Assembly (NCBI GenBank): GCA_030390025.1
Contig: CM059431.1
Location: 107,324,001 to 107,388,000 of the forward strand
Direction of reading: 5' to 3'
Length of the DNA stretch: 64,000 bases
Source of the DNA: Squalus acanthias
Taxonomy: Eukaryota
Shown in pieces: positions 23,883-36,194 of this stretch. Numbering within the stretch: the stretch's first letter is position 1; every line of letters begins with the position of its first letter. Below the pieces are notes generated by a model. That model was not told where the DNA came from and made no database searches. It was given only the letters and a program-made list of their open reading frames with translations. The translations under genes and the position numbers were made by a program.

Positions 23883-26524
23883 GCTGATGTAGTAGATGGC
23901 AGGTAAAGTGGAGATGAGAGGGCCAATCCCTCAATGTTGTGATAGTGCGTAGCAATGTGGTGAGAGTGGCTTCCGAGGTTTCAGAAATGACCTGCAAACT
24001 GCAGACACCTAAATCTGTGGACAAAATGGAGTCAGCAAGAGCCTTTCCATGAGGCAAGTAATGAAGTGTAATGTTGCAGTATTTATGTGCTTTTCCCAGC
24101 TATCAATGAATGAACTCGCTAATGGCCACTGAGCTTCCACCTCCCCTTCACAGGCGAGGCACCCAACCTCCATGAACCCCGTGGTCCTGCAGTAAAACTC
24201 AGAAACAGCCGTTAACATCACTGTTAAGGGTCTGTAAACATGTACTAATGATTTCAATGAGGTCGCCCGCCTCAGCGAATCGGGTCCGTTTCACGCCTTC
24301 AAAGCAGCCCGAGATAAATGCGTGAGGTGGCGGGATGACGGCGGATTCCCGACGGGCTCCCTATTTCCAGGATTTTTACTGCCAACTCGCCCCCAAACCC
24401 GCACATGCGACAACGGGAAAATTCCGGCCTATATGTTTATTTCAGTTACAAAAGAAACCAAAAGACAAGAAGTAAAATATAACGGTGAACACAGTGAATA
24501 AGATGTTGAAATACAATCTGTTAACATCTACAAGGTTCCGAGGTGATCAGACTTGGATTGTCTTGCCTTGAGCATGTCCAGTTCCACGCCGAGAACGTTC
24601 TAATAATCGAGGCTTTATGTCTTCCTTAAATACATTAAAAAGACGTACTTATTCTGAACTATCCTTGTTCCCTGAAATGCCTCCCATCAATCGTGGTCTT
24701 TGTCTTAGCCTAACAACCATCTATTCTACTACCTCATCTGAGATAACACACAGTACCTGACTCTCCAGGCTGCATTAAAACCATCCTATAAAACATAAGA
24801 TAAGAAGGATGGATGGGTACCTCCTCACTTGGAATGCTCCAAGGACAGGCTTGACTAGACAAGGTTTCAATCTTTAGCTGCCTAATTGTTAATGATACAA
24901 TGATTACATAGAAAGCCTTATACTAAAATAGAAGCCTACAAAAGTACTTCACTTACAAGCGATACGACCTTGGATTTGGGAATTCAGCCTCCTAATATGT
25001 CCTTATGTGGCTGGTGTCAATTTTGTTTGGTAACGTGCCTGTGAAGCTCCTTGGGACATTTTACTACGTTAAAGGCACTAAATGAATACAAGTTGCTGTT
25101 GTTGTTGTTATGGGCTTACTCTGTTATTACCTCCATGTGTATTCTGGTGCCGTGGGGCTAAGTCTGAGTCCTGCGGCAATCTTGGCTTCTGACCTTAGCC
25201 TTTGATCTTTAAGCCCTGGCAGTAGCTTCAACCTGTTTCTTGGACTCATGAGGCAAGATTTTCCTTGTCGGAGCCAAGGGGCACTGGATTGCTGGCCATA
25301 CTGAATACTGGGAAATCTGGTGGGTTGGTTTGCATGCCTGTAAAGGAACCCACTTGATTTTCCTTCCGACCCACTCAATATTCATTGCACTCGGGCAAGC
25401 CAGTGCACCTGGGCAAACTGGAGTCGCAGTCAGGAACATCTTCCTTAGGGCTTTCATCCATCTCCGGTTTAGCTGTTCCTACTGTTGACCTCCGGAAGTG
25501 GCAGACTCCTTGACTACCAGCTACTTCGTGGCTTTGCACCCCAGTCTCCACTTGGGCAGCCTCTTCCCCACCTGACCTATAAATTTGGAATTCACTGCCT
25601 GCTTGAAACTCGCTTCAGGGAAAGGCCAGGTTTGACCCAAAGAAGGGACTGCATCTTGCACAGGGGCTATTGTTTTTCTTGCAGTGTTGGTGCAGCCATT
25701 AGGAAAGAAAGAAAGAAAGAAGAATTTGCATTTATACGGCGCCTTTCACAACCTCAGGACGTCCCAAAGCTCTTTACAGCCAATGAAGTACTTTAGAAGT
25801 GTAGTCACTGTCGTAATGTAGGAAACACATTAGGGAGCAGCATTTCAGAGAGTGCCGAATTTTATTTTATTAAGCTGAGATATATTACTCCTATTTAGCC
25901 TAGATAAATGCAACCACTCATACGAAATATATCAAAGATATAAAGAATAACAGAAAAAAAGATCATCAAAGTAATACACTATTCTAGAATGTCAAATATA
26001 TTTATTGTTTTATTCCTGCTGGAAAATTGCTTGTTAATGTTGTCAAATATGATAGATGTTCAGTCAGTCAAGTGTAGCACTGACATATGAAATCCCTATC
26101 TTCTACCATGTAATGCTAGATTAGTCTCCAGTCAACTTTTAACAGCTAAAATTATTTATTGAATGTTAATCTCTGATAATTGTGACAGATTCCAGAAAAA
26201 AGTACTTTATCAGCTGGCGGGCAACCATATTCATATTTGGAAACGTGAAGGGACTCCTTGGCAATGCACTTACTTTGTATCCGTGAATGGTGTATTACAG
26301 GTAACGAGGTCATTAGTTCCAGAGTATTACCCTGAAGGTTAAACGATTGTTCAACAGTAAGCGTTATTATCCATCATATTTTAAGCTGGAGCGGAGGGCC
26401 CTTGTTGGTTCTTCCACACTGGACTGCCCGTGGCTGACTCTAACCAATAACAAGCTACTTGAGTTAACCTCCAGCGAAGCCTCCTCTCTTTAAAGATCAT
26501 CGCTGCGCCCATCAAAAAGAAAAT

Positions 26525-26978
26525 TACATTACGTAGGATTACATGGGATATACGGCACAGAAACAGACCATTCGGCCCAACCAGTCCATGCTGGCGTTTA
26601 TGCTCCACTCAAGCCTCCTCCCGTCTTTCCTCATCTAAATCTATCAGCGTAACCCTCTATTCCCTTCTCCCTCATATGCTTATCTAGCCTCCCCTTAAAT
26701 GCATCTATACTATTTGCCTCAACCACTCCCTGTGGTAGCGAGTTCCACATTCTCACCACTCTCTGGGTAAAGAACTTCTTCTGAATTCCCTATTTGATTT
26801 TTTGGTGATTATCTTATATTGATGGCCTCTAGTTATTCTCTTCCCCACAAGTGGAAACACTCTCTCTGTATCCACTCTATCAAAACCTTTCACAATTTTA
26901 AAGACCTCTATTAGGTCACCCCTCAGCCTTCTCTTTTCAAACGAAAAGAAACCCAGCCTGTTCATCCTTTCCTGATAG
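26525..26978 (-). mobile_element. CR1 LINE 3' fragment
   Basis: ORF 26753..27031 'YQERMNRLGFFSFEKRRLRGDLIEVFKIVKGFDRVD'. Confidence 0.9.
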
Positions 26979-26994
26979 GTTGGAAGATTTTCTG

Positions 26995-27690
26995 TCACAA
27001 GGAGGGTATAGATCTGGGGGTACAGATACACAGATCACTCAAAGTAGCGCCACAGGTTAATGAGGCCATAAAAAAAACACAAACAAAGCACTGGGGTTCA
27101 TTTCTAATGGGCTAGAATTGAAAAGCAGAGAAGTTATGTTACACTTGCGTTGAACCTTGGTTAGGCTGCACTTGGAGTACTGTGAACATTTCTGGTCTCT
27201 ATATTATAAAAAGGATGTAGAGGCACTGGAGAAGGTGCAAAAAAGATTTACCAGATGATACCAGAACTGAGAGGTTATAATTTCCAGGAAAGATTGAACA
27301 GGCTCTAGAAAACAGAAGACTGAGGGGTGACCTGATAGAGGTATTTGAGATTATGAAAGGGTTTGATAGGGTAGACATAGAGAAAATGTTTCCACTGTGG
27401 GGAGACCAAAACTAGGGGCCATAAATATAAGATAGTCACTAATAAATACAATAGGGAATTCAAGAGAAACTTCTTTACCCAGCGAGTGGTTAGAATGTGG
27501 AACTCGCTACCACATGGAGTAGTTGAGGTGAATCGCATAGATGCATTTAATGGGAAGCGAGATAAGCACATAAGGGAGGAAGGAATAGAAGATTATGCTG
27601 ATAGGGTTAGATGATGAGGGGTGGGAGGAGGCCCATGTGGAGCATAAACACTGACATGGACCAGTTTCTGTGCTGTAAATTCTATGTAAT
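26995..27690 (+). mobile_element. CR1 LINE 3' fragment, head-to-head with the previous copy
   Basis: Decayed 'DLGVQIHRSLKVAPQVN...HLEYC...RLRGDLIEVF' followed by the 3' UTR. Confidence 0.85.
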
Positions 27691-28254
27691 TTTTATAAAA
27701 CCTTATTTTAGCTCCTTATCATTTCATTTTAATACATTAATATAGAGAAGCCATAATATTTCACTGTACTGGTCAGGAAAATAAATCCTGATATCACCCA
27801 TTGTCACACCACATTTTATATTATTGTTTGTTAAGTTGGGCAGTACAGTATACCTGTTTGAAAAATCGCGATTTAATCATGGGGTCCTCCCTTCTATTTT
27901 GGTTTCTATGACTCCCCTGACAACAAAAAATGAAGCAGAATACCGTTAGCAGATTAACATACTTTTATGATTTATTGCAAGTTAGTTATATGACTTGGGG
28001 TCGAGATAATGTTCTAAACCTTTGAAGCTCCACCCTCACTGTTTATGATAGCAGTTCAAACACGGCCGTGTTGCTGCCTGATAACCAGGGCCACTGAATA
28101 AGTCAAATTGCATTTTTGTTATGTGGGATTCAGGGATTTTTACCATCACCTTTACCCGGTCTGGGGATCATTTTTACAAGAAAATTACCAACCAGTGATC
28201 TTGTTCATAACACACTGCAGACTGTGTTTTACGTATGGTAATATATCATACTAT

Positions 28255-30633
28255 TATAAGATTCTCAAAATTCGCAGATCCCCCTAAACTCTAAGAAAAC
28301 CCCTAAGGAAAAGGACTTTGGACTCTTTCCTAGCTATTACAGGGTGGTGAAGTGCATTGGGCCTAACCGAAGGATTTTTCGAGCAAAAACCAAGATTTTG
28401 GTATTTTAAAACATGTCTGGGCTTGTAAGGGAGAAAAGGCTGTGAAGGAATGTTGGTGCAACCTCTGTAAAAACAGTTTGGGTATTGGAGCTAAAGGGAA
28501 CTGTCTGGGGAACCGTATGATCTCGCTGGGAGTTTAAATCGGCCCCTATCAAACATTAGCATCCTAACAATAAACCCAAGGAAAACCAGTCTCCACCCCA
28601 AGCTAGAGAGCCCATTAAGACATGCATAAAACAAATTACTTCAGCTTACGCTATAGAAATTACAGGCCCAACCAAGAAACCCAAAACATAAGAACAATCA
28701 AACTTCGATTAAGTGGCACATCAATGGGATGGGGCCATCCCGGAATCACTTCACACCTTAACAAACCAGTTACCGTTAACGAGTCCGCCAAAACTAACAA
28801 AGACCGAGACCTGATTTGGCGCGCAGATAAGGAACCTTCAATGAGTATAATTGAAGGCCCGTTCTCAACCTGAAAAAGAAGAAGAGGAAGGAAGAACAAG
28901 AAGACATCGACGGAGGCATTCGCCGCAACACAGTTCTAAAATCAACACCGTTCAGCGTTCCGTGTCCAGCCAGGAGGTCGACAGCTCGAAGGCCAGACCA
29001 TCCAACAAAGTAGGCTGACACGAGAAGAACCCAGAACGACCGCCTCAGTGACCATCGGACACCTTGTGGCAACAAGGCCCTCAAGAAACAACCAACCAAA
29101 CACCAAGTACCAGTATTCGGGCCACCGCGACCAAAGAAAACCAACTCGAAGAAAAACCGAAGAACCGCAAAGTTTCCACTCTACAATCTACTCCTGACTT
29201 ACCCCTGGGTAAGATTTTCCCTTAAAAAACTCTGAACCCTACTTCTAAACTAAAGAAAAGTGGGTACTCACCTGATAAATCCAATACGCACCCTACCGCA
29301 TCAGTGGACTCGCGAAGACTGACCAGATACGCAGTTGAAGTCCTCTACCGTGTACGGGGTACGGCAGACACCAACCGACATATAGAGTGAACCCCAAAAC
29401 CGCGAACTAACCCAACTGTCAAGGATTCTGGTGAGTATCATCCCTGGTCCTCTGGAGTCCAACCTAGCTAGTGAAGTGGGATTGGGAGGGGTGAAGTATT
29501 CTCCTAATGTTATTTCCCTCGCTTGTACCGAAGTGTTCCCCACTTTTAGAGTGTTAAGAGTGTTTGGGGGAGAAATTCAGTATCGCCCCATTTGGGGCGC
29601 AATTATCGGCCGGGCGCAAAGATTAGCGCCTGGCGCTAATTATCGCCACCGACTGCAAACTTGACTTTTATCGCCCCTGGAGGTGATTGCAGCACTATAT
29701 CAGGCGCTTCACACCTGTCTTAAGGCGCAAAGGCCGAGGAGCGAGGCGCTACCTCAGAGCGCTGGCGAAGCTCATGTAATGTCAGTCAGCAATGGAACAC
29801 ACACACAATGGCACAGGCCAGTTCTTAAAGGGGATGGTTAATCTTGCTTTCCATCCACATCCTGCTCATTGCAGCCTTGAATCTCGGCCTGGAGAGACCT
29901 GCACATCAAATGTGCTGGAAAGAACAATGGAGAGTACCAGGCAAAGAGCTCAGAGTGCAGCCCCCACAGTCTCTTCTAAATCGATACAAGGAATGGCAAA
30001 TCAAAATGAACCTGCAAAGTGCTGCTCAGTACCCAAAACTCCTTCACACAACGTTGAATCTCTCCAGAAGTCTCTCTCTCTCTCAGAATGCGTAGTTCAA
30101 AAATGGCACCAACAATAAAAGGCAGGAAGCGGTCACCTTTAAATAGCGCTCCCCCTTTCCCTTCATGACTGCAGAACGCTCCCCTCAACCTGTCGTTGCT
30201 AGCGTCAGGCGGAAAGGCAGGGGGCACCACTCAATATCCGCTCCGGGGCGATACCAGGGCATTGCGCACTCGAGTGACGTCATGATCTGCCGCTGCAGGA
30301 GATCGTGGCGGTAGTGTTTAGCGCCGCCGCAAAATGTCTAGTTAATTTCGTGAGCGGCGCAAACTTTGCCGTGCCTGGGCGCTAGATGCTTTGCGCCCCA
30401 TTAGCGCCCTCTTAAGGCGCTAACGGGAGGCGCAACCAACTGACTTTCTCCCCCTTTGTGTTATGTTTTACTTTCTTAAATAAAGATCAAAGTTTTTGCA
30501 TCAAACTCAGTTGTCTGCTGCACTTTTAATCACAACCCCCAAATAAGTCCAAGGTCTAGGACCAAGGGAGTGGGAGCGATTCGAACCGCTCAGAAGTCAG
30601 AGGTGAAGCTGACACACACCACCACCCCATACA
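28255..30633 (+). mobile_element. Solo LTR (subfamily 1), about 1.49 kb net, interrupted by a MITE
   Basis: 3' half aligns with 33655-35422. Ends are TATAAG (mutated TG) and CATACA. AATAAA at 30479. TSD not clean, and the left end is approximate. Confidence 0.7.
29566..30454. mobile_element. PIF/Harbinger-type MITE (family A)
   Basis: TIRs GGGGGAGAAATTCAG ... CTGACTTTCTCCCCC. TTT TSD. Confidence 0.9.
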
Positions 30634-31559
30634 TATTCAGCATCATATTGTATTGCGTTGGAATTTCATCTCTAATTGCTCTGCATTCTTTTACAGTGCC
30701 AATATTATTGCCGCACTCCAGTGATATCAGTTGAAATGTCCAAATATTTTGCTGCGCAATTTGATCCATGCCCTGAGGCTAAAAATTAAAATGTGTCTTC
30801 TTCAAAATGCAGCCAGGTTGCACAAAGTGGCTCTCACATCTGCTTGTTCAGTTTTGTTGCAGTCTTCCGTGGCTGACAACGCAAGGGGGAAAAAAATCAA
30901 AATATTGTTGCACGAAGATGTCTCTGCATCAGGATCATTAGCTTATAATGTACTTACAGATATTCCAATAATCCACCTGTGGGACAGCAAAACATACAGT
31001 GGTTTGTGCTACGGTACCACTACAGTATTGAAATATTTTTTAATGATGAGCTGTTCCAGTGTCTGCAATGTAACACCAGCCTTTAACTCTTGCTCGTATG
31101 TGTGTGTTCTTGTTTGTACGTGAGTGTGGGGGTTGCAGACTATTGAATACATTTCTGTTGTGCAATTATCTCGCATTTGCCTCATTTATTCAAGTGTAGG
31201 AATTATTAGTACCTCCCAATTCTTTGAGCCTCTGGAAATACCTTAGTTTTGCGTTGTAAAGGATATTTTTGTTATGTTATTACATTTCACTCCATACAGA
31301 ATTTTCTGAGGCAATGCGTTGGAATTAATGACACTTGGACCTATAGAACTCACTTGTGCCTATATTGCTGCTGGATTATTAGGTTCTGTTACGTTTTGTA
31401 TGTTCTTATGTATAGATTTGAACTATCCAATTCTTTAACATTTGTTTAATCAGTCATTTATTTAACAATTTTTGTAGGAGTGGGAATTCAAACTCCAAAT
31501 TCATCCTAATATTTATTGATAGTTTGGTGTTGGTCACTCCATAGTCTCTACAAATTGCA

Positions 31560-33195
31560 TCTAAATTTAAAGACACAGATGAGAATTTTAAATTTAAAGC
31601 GTTGGACGATTGAGAACCAACATAGATCGTCAAATACAAGACAAGCAGGACTTGGTGTGGGATAGCATATATGGGCAGCAGAGTTTTCAAGGAGCTGATG
31701 CTTATGGAAGATAGAAGGCAAGTCAGGAGAGCATTGAAACAATCGAGTCTGGAGGTAACAAAGGCATGAATGAAGATTTCAGTGGATGGGTTGAGGTACG
31801 GGTAGAAGTAGGTGATGTTACAGAGGTGGAAGTAGGCGGTCTTTGTGATGAAGAGGATATGAGGGCAGAGGCTCAGCTTGGGGTTGAATAAAATTGCGAA
31901 CAGTCTGGTTCAGCTTGATACAGTGGCCTGGGAGGAGGACGGAGTTGGTGGAAAGGTATGGAATTTGTGACAGAGACCTAAGACAATGGCTTCACATTTC
32001 CCAGTGTTTAGCTGGATTAAATTACAGCTCAGCTCATCCAAGATTGTATATTGGACAAACAGTTTGACAACACAGTGGCAGTGGAGGAATTGAGAAAGGT
32101 GGTAAAAAGCTAGAGCTGAGTGTCATTGGCATACATGTGGAAGCTGACACCGTGGTGGGGGGATTTTAACCCCAAAAAAGCAGGTGGATTGGGGTCGGGT
32201 GGAAGGTTAAAGTTTTAAAAATCTGAATCCCGACCCCAACCCGCCCACTCCCGGTTTTAACAGAGGCGAGATAGGGGGGCCGGCAGTCAATGTTCCCTTT
32301 AATTATTTTTTGGGGGTACATGGCCCCTTTAAGGGGCTGTGTGGCCCATTCAAATACCGCGCTTGCGCGGTTTTCCCTATTTAGAAGCTGGTGAGTCGGC
32401 TGCGCGGGAGCTGCAGAGCACTGCACGGCCGTGCAGCTTAAAGGAAACTTTTCAAGCAGCCAACCCACTCGCAGGAGGTGAGTTGGCTCTTTAAATATTA
32501 TAATGAGGCTACATGCCTCATGGTGGTCCACCATTTTAAATTTAACTATGGGCGGGCAGGCTTCCCTGCCAGCTAAAGGGAAGCGAGGACTGCTGGATCC
32601 AGGAGGTAAGTGCCTTTCTACTTACCGGCTGGAATTAGCGTTCCAGCCTCGCTAAACCTCCCCCCCCGTGATTGGACATCCTCCCGACCCTTTTCGCCTC
32701 CCCCCGATCTCCCCCCTCAGCCTCCGATCCCCCAACTCCCAACACCATGAGTTCTCCGATCTCTGATCCAGCCCTACGGCCTTGCGACCCTGGCCCCCGA
32801 CCTCTGGCCTGCCCTCCAACCTCCAGCCCCCGACTCCACCGACGATCTGCAGCGCCCGACCTCGCTGCTGATCTCTGACCTTCCGACCCCCCCGCACCCC
32901 ATCCCTCCCTCCCCTCCTCTCCGCAGTCTGCTGCCGCAGGCCTACCCACCCGACAGCCAGCCAGCCTCTCCATCTGCGGGCCGGAAACAGAGAATCAAAG
33001 TGTTAATCAGGCCCTGCTGTCAAATTCTCCCGACCGCATTCTAGCCACCCCACCCCACACCACCCCCTACCTCCCGCTCCCTACTCACCTCCAAGTTAAA
33101 ATTTCGGCCCATGTCTGTGGATGATGTTACCAAGGAACAGCAAGTAGATGAAGAAGAGGAGATGGCCAAGGATGGATCCTTGGGGGACTCTGGAG
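31560..33195 (-). mobile_element. Old L2 LINE fragment split by a MITE
   Basis: Matches the L2 RT region at 40700-41090. The sequence resumes at 33111 after the MITE. Confidence 0.75.
32155..33110. mobile_element. PIF/Harbinger-type MITE
   Basis: Ends ..GGGGGATTTTAAC ... GTTAAAATTTCGGCCC. GTG/ATG flanks. Interrupts colinear L2 sequence. Confidence 0.75.
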
Positions 33196-33574
33196 GTAAG
33201 TACAAGATACCTGTCAGGTACGTGTCAGACTCAATACTTATCCAATTGACTGACCTGACCAGATAATGCATGAGGGGTGTCGTTGCGAATAATAAGTTAT
33301 GATAATCAGTTTGTCTGCTGAATAAATATTACAATCATAGTGTCCCTACTACTGTCTAGTTGTGATGAGCTAATTCAACATAGAACAACCTTCAACTTGC
33401 GTGGCTCAGCTACTGAATTGATCAAACGTACTGAGCACCAGGTCAGCTCTGATGCAATTTAAAGTTAATAGCTTAATTAAATTTATTGATAACGTGTGCA
33501 CAATTGGGGTTTTCACCAAGACTTGTATGGTGGTGGGTGTGTGAAAAATAAATATCACACAATATTAAAGCATA

Positions 33575-36135
33575 TTCATAGAACCATTGAATCGTACAAC
33601 ACAGATGCAGGCCTTTTGGACTGTCGTGGTTGCCTGACTCTTTGAAAGAGCTGTTGTAGGCTTCGCAAAATCCCCCAGAAACTTGTATAGAACCCTAAAA
33701 GGGGTGATGAAGGAATTTGAGGTCAAAACCTCAGTTTTGAAGTACATTTTGACAGGATCAAGGAAGGAAAAATACAAGCCATGAGGAAAATGACTTTTGG
33801 ATGATCAGACACCTTTTTAAAAGGGCCATTGGGTAAACCTGCAGTCACAGAAACATAGGCTGCAGGAAAGGGGTGTGGTGAGGCAGTGGACAGCTTTTGG
33901 AAATTGGGACCAAGCCAAGCTGTCTGGGAGATGTTTGCACTGCAATCCAACCAAGGAGGAAGAGCCTCATCCTAAACCTCACAAACACATTCAAAAATGA
34001 ATAAACCAAGACCCCTTTTGAAATCCCCAGGTCCAGACAGAATGCTGGAAGTCTGGAAACAATTTCCTAACAATAAACTTCCAGTACACAGCTTCATAGC
34101 CCATCATCCCATCAAAACCCGATTAGCCAAGTATCGACAGGAACAGTTTAACAAGCCCGCCAAAAACCTAAGACAAAAGCAGCGAGATTTGGCGGGTAGA
34201 TAGAGGCCCTGTCTCAAGGGAAGACATCGGTAGCCATCAGGACAAGTTAACACTAAGTTAAAGTCATCAGACTTAACGAGCCCGCCAAAACCTAAGACAC
34301 AGGAAACGAGATTTGGCGCGAAGATAAACAGGTCTCAACTGAAACCTAAATCACTTTAACACGAAATCGATTTAGTAAAGCAGTTTTGGCACGAGAAACA
34401 CAATAGACCTGACCAGTATAATTGGGGGCCTATTCCCCCAAGAAGCAAGCAAGGAAAAGCAGGCCAGAAGTGAAGGAAGCGAAGAAGGAAGACAGGCAGG
34501 CCTACAGCCCCGGGCAAGAAGACACGAGGAACCCGAGAGACACTGTGGTGTTGTCTGTTCAAGCCGTGCGGTTTGTTACAACACTATACTTAAAGTTAGT
34601 TCAAGGCTGTCCAGAGAGGCAGTTTAAAGTTAGTAACAGTACCGAGGCACGCAAGACAACACGCCACAGTAAAGGGGGGTCATCAATGGACCCGACTGGG
34701 AAAAAGGTTCCCAAACGCCTCGCAGCAACCAAGGCCCCACGAATCAATCAACACAACGCCACCGACCAACCAGGTGCGAACCAGGCCGCCGCGACCACCG
34801 AAAGACCAACACCAGGAAAAACCGAAGACACGCAAGTTTCCACACTACAAACTCTTCCTGACTTACCCCTGGGTAAGATTTTCCTTTAAAAACCTCTATT
34901 AGAAGAAAAATTGGGTACTCACCTGATACATCCAATACGCACCTTACCGCATCGGCGGACAGACCCAAACTGACCTGGAGTGCAGCTGAAGTCTTCCACC
35001 ACGTCCGGGGTACGGCAGGCCCCAACAACCAAAACCCCAGTGAACCCCGAAATCGCAAAATACCTCAACTGTCAAGAACTGTCAAGGAGTGGTGAGCATT
35101 ATCCCTGGTCCTCTGAAATCAAACCTAGCTCGGTAGTAGGATTGGGAGGGACAAGGGGTTTTGTATACTGTAATTCTCCCTCGCCTGTACCGTGTGTTCC
35201 CCAACCTGTGTTTAAGTATTAAGTGTGTTCTAAGATTGTTTGGGTTGTATTTACCTTTTCTTGAATAAAAGTTAAAGTTCTTTCATCAAAACCTGTTGTT
35301 TGCTGCACCTTTTGTTCACGACCCCCAAATAAGTCCAAGGTCTAGTACCAGGGGCGTGGGAGCGATTCGAACCACTCACTGAAGTCAGAGCTTAAGCTGA
35401 CCCCCACACACCGCCCCCTAAACTGTCCAATTTGGTCCCACACCCCATAGCCTTTTGCCCATAACCCTGCAAATTAGTCCTCTTCAAGTACATGTCCTTT
35501 TGAAAGTTCCGATGGAAACTGCTCCCGCCGCCCTTTCAGGTAGTGCGTTCTAGATCTTAACAACACTTGGTGAAAAAAATTCTCCTCATTTCCCCACTAG
35601 TTCTTTTGCCAATTATTTTAAATCTGTGACCTTTGGTTACCGACCCACTTGCCAGAGGAAACAATTGCTCGCTACTTGCTCTATCAAAATTTCTCATTAT
35701 TTTGAATACCTCTATTAGGTCTCCCCATAACCTTCTCTGTTCGAAGGAGAACAATCCCAGCTTCTCCAAACTCTCCACATAATTGAAGTCTCTCATCCCT
35801 GTTATCATCCTGTTAAACCTCCTCTGCACCCTCTCCAAGGTCTTGACATCCTTCCTAAAGTGTGGTGCCCAGAATTGTACACAATACTCTGGCTGAGGAC
35901 TAACCAGTGATTTGTAAACGTTTAACATGACTGTCTTGCACTTGAATCCAATGCCCCTATTTACAAAGCCAAGTACCCCATATGCTTTCTTAGCTGCCTT
36001 ATCAACTTGCCCTCCCACCTTCAAAGAATTGTCAATATGCACCCCCAGCTCCCTCTGCTCTTGCATCCCGCTCAAAGTACTACCATTTAGATTATACTGC
36101 CTCTCCATGTTGTTTCTCCCAAAATACATATTGGT
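33575..36135 (-). mobile_element. CR1 LINE fragment whose 3' UTR is split by a solo LTR
   Basis: ORF 35557..36129 is a CR1 RT C-terminus. The 3' UTR continues across the LTR (GAAAGAGCTGT|CCAATTTGGTCCC). Confidence 0.85.
33655..35422 (+). mobile_element. Solo LTR (subfamily 1), 1768 bp
   Basis: TGTAGG ... CCTAAA (CCTACA with one change). Exact CTGT TSD (33651-54, 35423-26). AATAAA at 35264. Confidence 0.85.
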
Positions 36136-36194
36136 ATAACTGTTTATTTTTTTATAGTGTCTACGTACTAATATGCTAAATACACATAATTAGT

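Larger units (their letters stand above)
20481..24430. mobile_element. Decayed two-gene PIF/Harbinger transposon with a CR1 insertion
   Basis: TIRs GGGTCGGAATTTT ... AAAATTCCGGCCT. ATA TSD on both sides. Myb gene (+) and transposase (-) are convergent. Confidence 0.93.

Noticed and set aside
25120..25680. Moderately GC-rich unique stretch as an exon or old element
   Set aside because: The minus-strand frames I translated contain stops and no recognisable motif; left unassigned.
34422..34889. ORFs inside the LTRs (34422..34889, 62561..63148) as accessory genes
   Set aside because: The reading frames are not visibly preserved in the sister copies and have no recognisable domain.
28255..35422. 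The two subfamily-1 LTRs as the paired ends of one provirus
   Set aside because: The second has its own TSD inside a CR1, the two are clearly diverged, and the sequence between them is L2, MITE and unique DNA with no recognisable gag/pol.
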